A stretch of 64,000 nucleotides of DNA from Azolla caroliniana. Its lineage: Eukaryota > Plantae > Polypodiophyta. The stretch covers positions 744,001 to 808,000 of the forward strand of contig JBHGNT010000005.1 in NCBI GenBank assembly GCA_043228905.1, in the 5' to 3' direction. Under the pieces are notes generated by a model. That model searched no databases, was not told the DNA's origin, and worked only from the letters and a program-made list of their open reading frames with translations. Position numbers and translations under genes: made by a program. Positions 53,501 through 64,000 of this stretch are shown here, in pieces. How positions within the stretch are numbered: position 1 is the first letter of the stretch; each line of letters begins with the position of its first letter.

Positions 53501-55136
53501 TGGGTTATCCCTTGTTTTATAATAAAAACTCTTCTTTATTTATTGATTGGGTTCGCCATTCCATTTCTTTTGTACTGAACGATTGTACACAATTTATTCA
53601 ATGTGTAAAAAACAATCCCTCTCGATTGTTTCCTCGTGTCCATCAATATCCGAGTTGTCTTGTTCTACGTTATTTTATTGTGTACTTGATCCGGACATTC
53701 ACGTTTACAATATCGATAATGTCCCGGTTCAATTATCATATTTTGAACAACAACTTGATGAAATCTTAAATGATTTTCATGATGTTTTTCCAAGTGAACT
53801 ACTTGATGGGTTACCTTCTAAACGTAATATAGACCATCGTATAGATATTGTACATGGTGTTGCACCAATAAGTATACCTCTGTATCGCTTAAGTCGATCC
53901 GAAGAAGATGAGGTATCTAAGCAACTCAAGGACTATTTAGGAATGGGTTATATACGTTATAGTAAATCTCCATGGGGTGCACCAGTTCTCTTGGTTAAAA
54001 AGAAAGAGGGCACATGGCGTATATGTATTAATTACCGACGCTTGAATAAAGTGACGATCAAGAATTCGTACCCATTGCCCCGGGCTGACGATCTAATTGA
54101 CCGTCTCCAATGAGCTCGGTATTTTACGAAACTTGATCTCCGTACTGGCTACCATCAAATACGAATAAGTGAGGACGATGTTCCTAAAACGGCATTTCGT
54201 ATGCGCTATGGCCATTACGAGTTTTTGGTTATGCCTTTGGGTTTGACCAATGCTCCGACTACTTTTCAACAAGAAATGAATGACATTTTCCGAGAACAAC
54301 TTGGAAAATTTGTCGTTATTTTCTTGGATGATATTTTAGTTTATAGCCGTACATTACAAGAACATGCTAGACATGTACGCTTTGTTTTACAAACATTGCG
54401 TGACAAACAGTTTTATGCAAAGATCTCAAAATGTGAGTTCTTCAAGAAATTAATTACTTATCTAGGAGATCTCATAACCGAACGAGGAGTTGAAATTGAT
54501 CCTTCTCGCATTGAGAAAATCAAGGTTTGGCCCACTCTTCGGAATATTCGAGAAGTTCGATCATTCCTTGGTTTTGTCGGGTTTTTGCGAAAGTCTCTTC
54601 GTAATTACTCCCAATTGAGGACGTCGTTTACTGATCTTTTAAAAGGTCAAACGCGTAAGTCTACAAAACCTATTGTGTGGAATGCTACACTAGACCTTGC
54701 CTTTAAGGAACTTAAGGACCTGGTTTGCAAGGCTCCTTCACTTCTTTTACCTGATCCTTCAAAACCTTTTGAGGTTGAAATCGATGCAAGCGATTATGCT
54801 ATAGGTGTTGTTTTGTATCAAGATGGTAAACCAATAGCATTCGAGAGTAAGAAACTTGATTCTACTCAATGTCGGTATACCGTTCAAGAAAAGGAATTAT
54901 TTGCAGTTATACATGCGCTCAAAACATGGCGCCATTATCTTTATGGAAATCGCTTTGTGGTAACTACGGACCACGAGTCCTTGAAATATTTTTGTGACCA
55001 ACAAGACCTGAAAGGTCGTAAGGCACGATGGGCTGATCTCATCCAAGACTTTGATTTTTCCATATGATATCGTAAAGGTTCCATGAACATTGTCGTTGAT
55101 GCACTAAGTCGCATCCGTGAAGTTAACACGCTTAGC

Positions 55137-55358
55137 TTCACTGAAATATCATCAGATCTTTATGATCAACTTCGAGGAAAGTATCCTGATGACAATTATT
55201 TCGCAAAATACTGGGCAAGAGTTGAGTCTGGAACAGACTCCACCACATTCACTGAAATATCATCAGATCTTTATGATCACCTTCGAGGAAAGTATCATGA
55301 TGACAATTATTTCGCAAAATACTGGGCAAGAGTTGAGTCTGGAACAAACACCACCACA
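55137..55358 (+). repeat. 111-bp in-frame tandem duplication within chromovirus pol
   Basis: FTEISSDLYD(Q/H)LRGKY(P/H)DDNYFAKYWARVESGT occurs twice; units start at 55137 and 55248. Confidence 0.93.
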
Positions 55359-56396
55359 TCCTTGAAGGAATACTTCCACATTGCTAACGGTTTGCTCTAC
55401 CGTAATGGGAAGGTTTGTGTTCCAGATTTACCCAAGGTCAAAAAGAGGATTCTTTTTTAATGTCATGATGCACCCTCAGCAGGGCACCCTGGAATACATC
55501 GTACACTCGTTCTCATCTCCACTCAATTTTATTGGCCTAAGATGCGTCCTGACATATATAGCTATGTGACTAAATGTCACCAGTGTCAGGTTAACAAAGC
55601 CGAGCGACTTAAAGCCGCAGGACTTTTACATCCCTTGGACATTCCCAATAATAAGTGGGAAAGTATATCCATGGATTTTATTGTTAGCCTTCCTCGCACC
55701 CAAAAAGGTCATAATGCCATCTGGGTTGTCGTTGATCGACTAACTAAAATGGCCAGATTTATTGCTACTAAAACCACGGTAACAGCTCCTGAATTGGCTT
55801 ACCAATTCGTGGACGAATTGTTTCGTTTTTATGGGTTACCGATGGATATCGTGAGTGATCGAGATCCAAAGTTTACTAGTGACTTCTGGACACAAGTCTT
55901 TAAGAAGTTAGAAACTACGTTGAGCATGAGCTCCACGGATCATCCTCAATCCGATGGACAGACAGAACGAGTAAATCAAATTATTGAGGACATGCTTCGA
56001 GCATACATTGGTGCAAAACCAACAAAATGGGAACGTTATCTCCCAATTTTGGAGTTTGCTTATAACAGCTCCAAGCATACGTCGACGGGATATAGTCCTT
56101 TTATGTTGATGTATGGTTTTCAGCCACGAGCCCCGATTGATGTTAATATACATCATGATGAGTTGCGAAGTACGCAAAACTTTCTTCGGGATATGCAAGA
56201 TATGTTGCATATTGCACGAGATAATATAAAAACAGCTCAAGATAGAGCGCGTTTTTATGCCGATCATCATAGGCAACCTCGTGTTTTCAACCCTGGACAG
56301 AAGGTATTTTTACGTGTACCTCACAATTCTAAGACATTGTCTACGGGTAAGTGCGCTAAGTTAGCCCCACGGTTTTGTGGACCTTTTACAGTCCTC

Positions 56397-56950
56397 AAAC
56401 GCATTGGGTCATCAGCCTATCGTCTCGCTCTTCCCGATGGTGTCGGAATTCATCCAGTCTTTCATGTGAGTCGTCTAAAAGAACTTCTAGGTTCTAGCGA
56501 CAATACAGTTACAACTGAAACTCTGGTTACTTCTGAAGAATTATCTTCTAAACCACATGTACCAGAAAGAATTCTCGATGTTAAAACAAAAAAATTACGT
56601 ACTAAAGAAATCCGAGAATTTAAAATAAAATAGATGGATAAATCAATAAAAGATGCCACATGGGAACGCGAAAAAACGCATTGGGTCATCAGCCTATCGT
56701 CTCGCTCTTCCCGATGGTGTCGGAATTCATCCAGTCTTTCATGTGAGTCGTCTAAAAGAACTTCTAGGTTCTAGCGACAATACAGTTACAACTGAAACTC
56801 TGGTTACTTCTGAAGAATTATCTTCTAAACCACATGTACCAGAAAGAATTCTCGATGTTAAAACAAAAAAATTACGTACTAAAGAAATCCGAGAATTTAA
56901 AATAAAATAGATGGATAAATCAATAAAAGATGCCACATGGGAACGCGAAA
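56397..56950 (+). repeat. 277-bp tandem duplication of the integrase tail and chromodomain
   Basis: aaacgcattgggtcatc...gggaacgcgaaa starts at 56397 and 56674; the copies appear identical. Confidence 0.93.
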
Positions 56951-57016
56951 ATACTCTCAGAACTAATTTCCCTAACTTTCCATTGCAAGAGTGCAATGTT
57001 TTAAAGAGGGAGAGTA

Positions 57017-57471
57017 TGTTACGGGCATGACCATTTAATATCCTGTGGTGAGAATTTACCGTAGTATTCTATACACGTGGATAAGTGTGAGGGTTAAACG
57101 AGAGTGTAAAGAAGGGGAGGATTACTTTTAATCCTCGGGATTGAGACAACCCATTAGGTCAAGTGTGAACTTGCCTGGGGGCCTTGGGTATCGCTATAAA
57201 TAAGAGGCCTAACTACCCTCATTTGATCAGCTTTTGACTACATCGAGACTCTGCTCGTGTGGTGGGTCAACTCTTGTAGCGAGCGCTCCAGGACCAGGTA
57301 CGACTCGACGCCACGACGGTGGTATGGGACGCCGATCGAGGCTCGAGTCCATCTCGATCCCTTCGCTCGGGGGTGGTCGGGTGGATCGGCACCCTTCTTT
57401 TTCTTTCTCCTTTCTATCTTTCATTTCTTTATCCTTATCTTAAGCTTACTTTAGTACCTAGATCTATAATA
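57017..57471 (+). repeat. 3' LTR of the chromovirus
   Basis: Direct repeat of 50089-50543, preceded by the PPT. Confidence 0.95.
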
Positions 57472-58203
57472 GTCGTCATCTTTTTGCGTCGTTTCTCCAT
57501 TATCTAGTCTGCTCAAGAAACCTGCCACCATGTGTTGCGTACCCGGTCGATGCTGAATTACAAAGTCGAATTCTTGGAGCAATAGCATCCATCTAGCCAA
57601 TTTTCCCGTCAATGCCTGTTTCCCTACCAGATATAACAATGTCGTATGATCCACGTGAAACGTGAATTTCCGCCCTAGTAGATAATGCCGGAATTTATTG
57701 ATGTTGTATATCATACCCAACGCTTCACGTTCCATTATGGAATAATTACGCTCACTCGTCGATAGTTTTCGACTAGCGTAGTACACTAGTTGGTGCCAAT
57801 TCGGCTCTGTGAGTTGCATCATCGCACTACCTATTGTTATGTCCGAGGCATCCACGAACACGTGAAATGGTTTCGCCCCCACTGGTGGCTGTATGATTGG
57901 TGCCTGCGTTAGCATTATTTTTAGCACATCATACACCTTCTCTTCCGTTGCTGTCCATTTGAAAGGAGTACGGTGAACGACGACATGTAATGGTTTGGCG
58001 AAATTCGCCAAATAGCGTATCATCCGGTTGTGCCATCGTATTTGTCCCAGAAATCGGCTTAGTGCTTTCGCGTTTGTCGGTGTTTTTGCGTGGGTAATCG
58101 TGAAGATTTTGTTCGGATCGATCGTTATCCCCTCCTTACTGACTAAGTGGCCGAGGAGAGCCCCGTTGGTGATGCCAAAGGTGCATTTGGCGGGATCCCA
58201 CAT

Positions 58204-58788
58204 TGTAACGTTCCTCCTTCCCTGGGCTATAAAAGGAAGGGAGGGGTCACTTGTATGGGGTTGCCCATTTTTGTGTTAGAGGGTATACCGTTAGTTTAGA
58301 GTTAGGCAGTTTCTCATACTCTTGCTTCGTTCTAGGGTTTCTTCTTGGTAGCTCCCTTTTCTTCTTCTTCTTCGTCGTGTGGGTGGAGAGTTCGTGTCGG
58401 TTTTGGGGTTTGCTTCTTCCCGACCTCCCCGTATCCTAGTAGCGTATAAGGGAGATAGCTACAATCGAACTCCTTAGACAGTGCACTAGTAACAACACTC
58501 ACACTCACGCCTACGCTCTTACGATTACAATATGCCACCAAGAATCACAGAAACACAATAGGTTAACCACAGATATGCACAGGGATCAGAGAAGATAGAA
58601 CTCTATTAAGATAACACTGTATGCATCAAAATTTACACGCTACCTCTTACAAAGGATTTCTGCCCTTTATATACACAAGGTCTTTTAGTCGTTCACGCTT
58701 CCCGTGTGAACTGTTACATGCGTTACGTTTTTACTATATTCTATATTTCTGCGCTCTTGTCCGTCGGTTACTATTCCAGCAGACAACA
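58204..58788. mobile_element. Two abutting LTR-like fragments (58204-58529 TGTAAC...TTACA; ~58530-58788, minus-strand start TGTTGTCTG)
   Basis: TG..CA termini and TATA-like boxes (gctataaaagg at ~58226; minus-strand gtgtatataaagg at ~58664-58676). The second fragment cuts the LINE endonuclease frame at 58788. No TSD found. Confidence 0.5.
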
Positions 58789-60323
58789 ATTATTAAGATG
58801 TCCTGCATAGAATGATGAATATCCACGCAAATGAACTGTGGATCATGATAACTCATGACACTTATGCTCAACTGCACATAATATATCCCATTCTTTACTT
58901 AACAAAGTTTGTCATAATATATACTTCTTATGAGGAGAACATGCCCCTCTCACATTCCATGTTACCACTTTCATTTAATCAACAATCTTATATGTTCACT
59001 TGCTCCTTTGGAGCAACCGATGTTATGAAACTAGTCAAAGCATGTTCCAATGCTTCATATGGATTTTCATGCACCACATCCTTAGTGTTGTCTATCGAAA
59101 TCTTTTGTTTAGGTTCTCCCGCTTAACAGAAACCTCGAGAATTCGATGAATTAATCACCCGTCCCAATGAATCAAATTAAAGGTGAAGGGGTAAAATCCC
59201 TTATCCCTAAATTATCTTTGCCAAAGCCTTTTCGAGGACCCTCCCTAGTTCCTGAATTACTTTTCCAAGTAGTCTCACGAGTAGTGGGCAAACTATTACG
59301 TTACATATTCATTGATTTGCCCTTTGACTTGCCCTTAACCTGATGCCAATCCTTTTTAACAACAACATCATTACTAGTTGTATCCAACAGTTTTTTCCCC
59401 TTATCTATAACCACCAAATTTTGTTGTTCCATATCCATAGATTGAGTTCCCTTATTCTTAGACACCAAACCTTGAAGTGAAACCTCTTTATAGCCTGCTC
59501 TAGATGATGTTCCTTCATCGATAACAACCACCCTATCTGACACACCACCATCTCTCTCAACTCCTTCCTTACCATTCCCTTCATTAGGAACCTTTATAGT
59601 TAAAGGACAATGACGATGTCATTCTGCCATAAAGTGACCCCATTTACCACATCCAAAATCGTGACCTGCAAATGTCTCCCACTTCAATTTAAAACAAAGT
59701 CTTTTCATTCCAGGTGTGTTTATACACACCCATCCTGGCCTCTTACGGCTTGTATCCCATAACACACAAAATCTGCACTTATTTGTAGCATTTGCATGTG
59801 GATATACCAACACTTTACCCATATGTTCCGGTGAACGAAACACTATATCATAAAACCCTTGTGGTCATGCATATATATTTTCAACACAATTTGGTGACAT
59901 GATGGTGTTCAACCATTGTTTAATCCAACTAGTGTATGGGAGTTTCCTAGTAACAAACAATATAGCTACACGATAATAGAATACATCAAAAGATTGCAAC
60001 ACTACCTTAGCATCAACATCCACATCATGCACATCCTCATCATTGCATTCTTTCGCTTCATTTTCATTTTCTTCTACAATATCAGATAATAAGGTATTGG
60101 CAATTCCCCATAAATTATCCCAATTATAATGATCCTTGTCAACCTCATCACATATATTACTTTGGCATATGTCGTTTTTTTTCTCATTAATTTCCTCAAT
60201 GCCCTTAAACCTCTTAGAGCTTCAAATGTCTTCCCTTTCACGATTACAATCAACCATCACATTACTCTTTTTTGGATCAATTGTTTCCATATCTATGTCC
60301 CCCAGATTTTGAGAGGAATTCAT
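58789..60323 (-). mobile_element. L1-type LINE, 5' portion (degenerate ORF1 and start of ORF2 endonuclease)
   Basis: ORF2 begins at 58974 with MKVVTWNVRG...WDILCAVEHK (APE endonuclease N-terminus). ORF1 remnants include FKLKWETFAGHDFGCGKWGHFMAE (degenerate zinc knuckle); candidate ORF1 ATG at 60323. Confidence 0.82.
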
Positions 60324-60353
60324 GTTTATATCCAGTATTCTTGATGTGATAGT

Positions 60354-61140
60354 GATACGAGATAAACACAAATTTTCATGAACAAGAAAGACAGTTGAAA
60401 CTCACCCGATTGAAGAGGTCGAAGATGATGATTACAATAGAAGACCCGCACTGTGTTTTAAATATGTGGATGTCAACAACACACGACCTTATTTTAATCG
60501 TTGCTTTTTGCATAAACCACCAATTTTTACTTGCTATGAATATGTATCTCTCTATGTATGTAAAAATGACTAACAATAAGGTATTTTTTTACATGCAATT
60601 AATATAATTGTGTGATTTTACAAAAAAAAAAAATAGCAGATAAAAAATCTAGGGTTTAAGGCTCTCTTTCTCTCTCTCTCTCTCACACACACACACATAG
60701 TGCAAATGGGTGGACTCTCTCTCTCAGTGAATATGATTGAACTGTTCGATACGAGATAAACACAAATTTCCATGAACAAGAAAGACAGTTGAAACTCACC
60801 CGATTGAAGAGGTCGAAGATGATGATTACAATAGAAGACCCGCATTGTGTTTTAAATATGTGGATGTCAACAACACACGACCTTATTTTAATCGTTGCTT
60901 TTTGCATAAACCACCAATTTTTACTTGCTATGAATATGTATCTCTCTATGTATGTAAAAATAACTAACAATAAGGTATTTTTTTACATGCAATTAATATA
61001 ATTCTGTGATTTTACAAAAAAAAAAAATAGCAGATAAAAAATCTAGGGTTTAAGGCTCTCTTTCTCTCTCTCTCTCACACACACACACACACTGCAAATG
61101 GGTGGACTTTCTCTCTCAGTGAATATGAGCGAACTGTTCG
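60354..61140. repeat. 394-bp tandem duplication directly upstream of DHAD; each unit has a telo-box and a CT/CA microsatellite
   Basis: Units start gatacgagataaacac at 60354 and 60748 and end gaactgttcg. Each contains ctagggttt (reverse complement AAACCCTAG), at ~60649 and ~61043. Confidence 0.93.
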
Positions 61141-61142
61141 GT

Positions 61143-64000
61143 ATGTCGCTATGTTCTATATTCTGTTTACCATTGATTCAATCTTCAACCAAGTCCACCT
61201 CGCAGCACCAACAGCGCAGTGCAGCAGATGTGAGGAAAGCCCGTCCAATTCGCGCCAATTCAGCATCAGCCCCTCCAACCATAGAAGAAGAACGGCCTCT
61301 CAACAAATACAGCTGCAGAGTGACACAGCCCAAATCACAAGGTGGTTCTCAAGCCATTTTCTATGGAGTTGGGCTCAGTGAAGATGACCTCAATAAACCT
61401 CAAATCGGCATTTCTTCAGTGTGGTACGAAGGAAATACATGTAATATGCATCTTCTCAAACTCTCTGAGAAGGTGAAAGAAGGTGTTGAAGAGGCAGGAA
61501 TGGTTGGGTTCCGGTTTAACACCATTGGTGTGAGTGATGCTATCTCTATGGGCACGGAGGGTATGTCTTATAGCTTGCAATCTAGAGACTTGATTGCTGA
61601 TAGTATCGAAACTGTCATGGGTGGTCAATGGTACGATGCAAATATTTCGATCCCTGGATGTGACAAGAACGTGAGTTAATTTTTTGGTCTACATTCTTCT
61701 GTCTTATTTATATAAAGTTAGATGTATGTATTATGTATGCATGTGTGTGTTTATGAATGTATGTATGAGTAGATGATTTAAGAAGCAAAAGCAACCTAGT
61801 TATTTTGTTGGAGCGATGGTCTTTTATTGTTATCATCAAGTTAACTATCAACTTTGAAGGTGAGTCCACAATTGAAGGAAAATTGTGGTTTCACATATAA
61901 TAAGCTTGATGTGTTTAGATTAGAAACCTTCAAATATTGACACAAACTCTGTGAAGAAGGTTGATATTAAGATGAAGGTTCATATTAAGTTTACGGAAAT
62001 ACTGGTGGATAAATGGAGTTAAATTTTGATGTTAAAATGCAGATGCCGGGCACAATCATGGCCATGGCAAGAGTCAATCGTCCTGGCATTATGATCTATG
62101 GCGGAACTATTAAGGTAATAATGTACATTAATTAAAGAACCGGCTATACCCCGAACAATCCCCATTTGTGTTGATTTCTAGAAATTAATGCGAGGAACAA
62201 AAAGATATTATTTCATAAGGTTACAGAATACATGATTGTTGACTGGTCCATTTTGATTATGCTTTGTATGTAGAGTTTCCATCTTTCGATTCATGGTGCT
62301 TTTTTTTTGTGGCAGCCTGGTTTATCGGAGGGGAACACCTATGACATAGTTTCGGCTTTCCAGGTATTTAAATCCAATATAAGGAGTACTAGTGTTCATC
62401 TCTTGCATTGACTTGGGATTCTTTTATATCCCGTTTTCTATTCTATTTTGGTGGAAAGTCTAATGGTATGTGATTGCAATTTGGGAAGGTGTATGGTGAA
62501 TATGTCAATGGATCTATTAGTGATGAACAACGCAAGAAAGTACTAAAGAACTCCTGTCCAGGAGCAGGGGCATGTGGGGGTATGTACACAGCAAACACTA
62601 TGGCCACTGCCATAGAGACACTGGGGATGTCACTTCCTTACAGGTATTTACTTTCTACTAGTCGAAAATGATTAGCAGTACGGAATAATATGTACACATA
62701 TATGTGGATAAATGTGTACATATGTATGGATGTGTATATGCCTGATGTCAGGAATTCTGAGGAGAAAGTTAACATTAATCAAATAAAACCAAAAAAATTG
62801 AAAAAACATTAAATAAGGTCATAGAAGAGAACACAATGACATGACATTGGATGTGTGTATGTAAGCATGAATAAAAATTGGTCTGCGTGTATTATGTGTG
62901 TACAATGTATGTATGCATAATAGTTTAGCTGTTCAGTGAAAGGATTTTCATGTAGGCATAAATATCTCTTTAAGCATATGAGTGAAAATGATGGATTCAA
63001 TCTGCATCTACTAATGTTTATATTTTATGATGGCTTATTTCAGTTCCTCCATTCCTGCTGAAGACCCTTTGAAACTCGATGAATGCCGCATGGCTGGGAA
63101 ATACATGTTAGAGCTTTTAAAGAAAGATTTGAAGCCTAGGGACATCATCACCAGAAAATCACTACACAATGCTATGGTTATGGTAATGGCTCTGGGTGGA
63201 TCAACAAATGCTGTCCTTCACCTTATTGCCATAGCTAGGTAAAGTTCTCTCTTTTTGACCTTATTCTTGTTTATAGATACAAAGTAACAAATGTTTCTGT
63301 GACCATTTGTTTTCAAATCGGAAAATGAAAATATTAATTTCTATATCTATGATGCATATTGAACATTGTACAGATCAGTGGGAATAGATTTGAAACTTGA
63401 TGATTTCCAGAAAGTGAGTGATAAGGTTCCCCTCCTTGCAGACCTCAAACCGAGTGGGAAATATGTCATGGAGGATCTTCACAAGGTAATTGATGATGCT
63501 AGATCATTGTAATAACATTCATGCATATGCAAGAATTAACCTATGTTTGGGGTATATTTTGAAAATTTTAATATCTTAGGTTGGAGGCACACCTGCAGTC
63601 ATTAAATACTTGCTAAAGAAGGGTTTCATTGATGGTGATTGTATGACAGGTTTATTTTTAAGCTCTTTCTTTTAGCATGATAATATTATCTTGACATAAA
63701 GCTGGGAAAAATTACTTTAAATATGCTTGTGTATAGGAGATTCATAAAAGTATTCTTGCTTATTTGAAAAGCATATTCAAAGCATATTCGAAGTATATTC
63801 TTTGTTTCTATGAATTCAGTAACTGGAAAAACATTGGCCGAAAATGTGGCTGGATGCCCAGCATTGTCAGAAGGCCAGGCAAGTTATGTAATCCTATTCT
63901 CTTTTGCTAACTCATGAAGATTGATCTTTTGAAGGGATCATTTGGCATGATTTTGCTTTGAAACTTTTGGCAGAAAATAATCTTACCAATTGAGAAGCCC
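61143..64000 (+). CDS. DHAD: Dihydroxy-acid dehydratase, plastid (ilvD family); continues past the window end
   Basis: Exons 61143(or 61098)-61670, 62043-62114, 62316-62363, 62489-62643, 63044-63238, 63374-63485, 63580-63649, 63820-63878, 63974->64000. Motifs: [79 protein letters not shown] 61143 gives a 52-aa Ser/Arg-rich leader, comparable to plant DHAD transit peptides; in-frame ATGs also occur at 61098 and 61125. Confidence 0.95.

Larger units (their letters stand above)
50089..57471 (+). mobile_element. Full-length but defective Ty3/Gypsy chromovirus with two 455-bp LTRs and TSD GTCGT
   Basis: LTRs 50089-50543 and 57017-57471 (8 mismatches counted by eye). GTCGT at 50084-50088 and 57472-57476. 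PBS tggtatcaga at 50546-50555; PPT aaagagggagag before 57017. Gag from ATG 52216; FLFDSGSSHN protease; VIFLDDILVY RT; DASDYAIG RNase H; WESISMDF..IVSDRD..DGQTER integrase; GPF/HPVFHVS; chromodomain PERILD..FKIK*..DATWE. Several stops and frameshifts. Confidence 0.97.
48972..58203 (-). mobile_element. Ty3/Gypsy remnant (RT end, RNase H, integrase, 3' UTR) split by the chromovirus insertion; own sequence 48972-50088 and 57472-58203
   Basis: PAKCTFG..LLGHLVSKEG, FHVFVDASD, YYASRKLS..ERNYS..EREALG, LARWMLLLQEFDF, then LREAHCGTAGGHYAG, STPFRLAFG and MPGKLRFRWTSPY. The frame is continuous across the TSD (QKDDD|NFPNANIL). Confidence 0.92.

Noticed and set aside
58204-58529. A bona fide solo LTR with TSD
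   Set aside because: TGTAA/TTACA termini are present, but the flanks (cacat vs atatg) do not match; kept only as a low-confidence fragment.
61098-61142. First ATG of the ORF track as the DHAD start
   Set aside because: It lies inside the duplicated upstream unit. ATG 61143 gives a more typical transit-peptide length, although upstream initiation is not excluded.
43695-64000. DHAD duplication as a self-resistance gene or biosynthetic cluster (by analogy with fungal astD and aspterric acid)
   Set aside because: The extra copy is truncated and coding-identical to the parent, and no terpene synthase or P450 genes are visible in the window.

Overview
Eukaryotic land-plant genomic DNA: intron-rich, AT-rich, with many GA/CT microsatellites. 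The lineage cannot be fixed from the sequence. The left half holds three spliced genes reconstructed by hand: an EDR2-like PH-START-DUF1336 gene (+, 23 coding exons, 3681-17194), an oligouridylate-binding protein UBP1 gene (+, 12 exons, 21777-28409) and a small secreted PAR1-family gene (-, 4 exons, 29940-31840) that the ORF track largely misses. A Copia-type solo LTR with a TCTTG target-site duplication lies between the first two. The region ~36.3-60.3 kb is a retrotransposon nest. An L1-type LINE (5' part at 58.8-60.3 kb, 3' part at 36.3-38.8 kb) brackets two truncated Copia elements, LTR fragments and a Gypsy remnant that contains a full-length but defective chromovirus (455-bp LTRs, GTCGT TSD). 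Inside the nest is a 2.9-kb, intron-containing, almost identical copy of the 5' two-thirds of the dihydroxy-acid dehydratase (DHAD) gene that starts at ~61.1 kb. That copy lacks the parent's upstream region and is fused in frame to an LTR end. The parent DHAD sits head-to-head with the LINE, separated almost entirely by a 394-bp tandem duplication. I did not find a clearly new biological system. The best leads are the DHAD capture and promoter arrangement, unusual cis-structures in the retroelements (hairpin array, tRNA-like segments, duplicated U3 and PPT) and several splicing oddities. All comparisons were made by eye.
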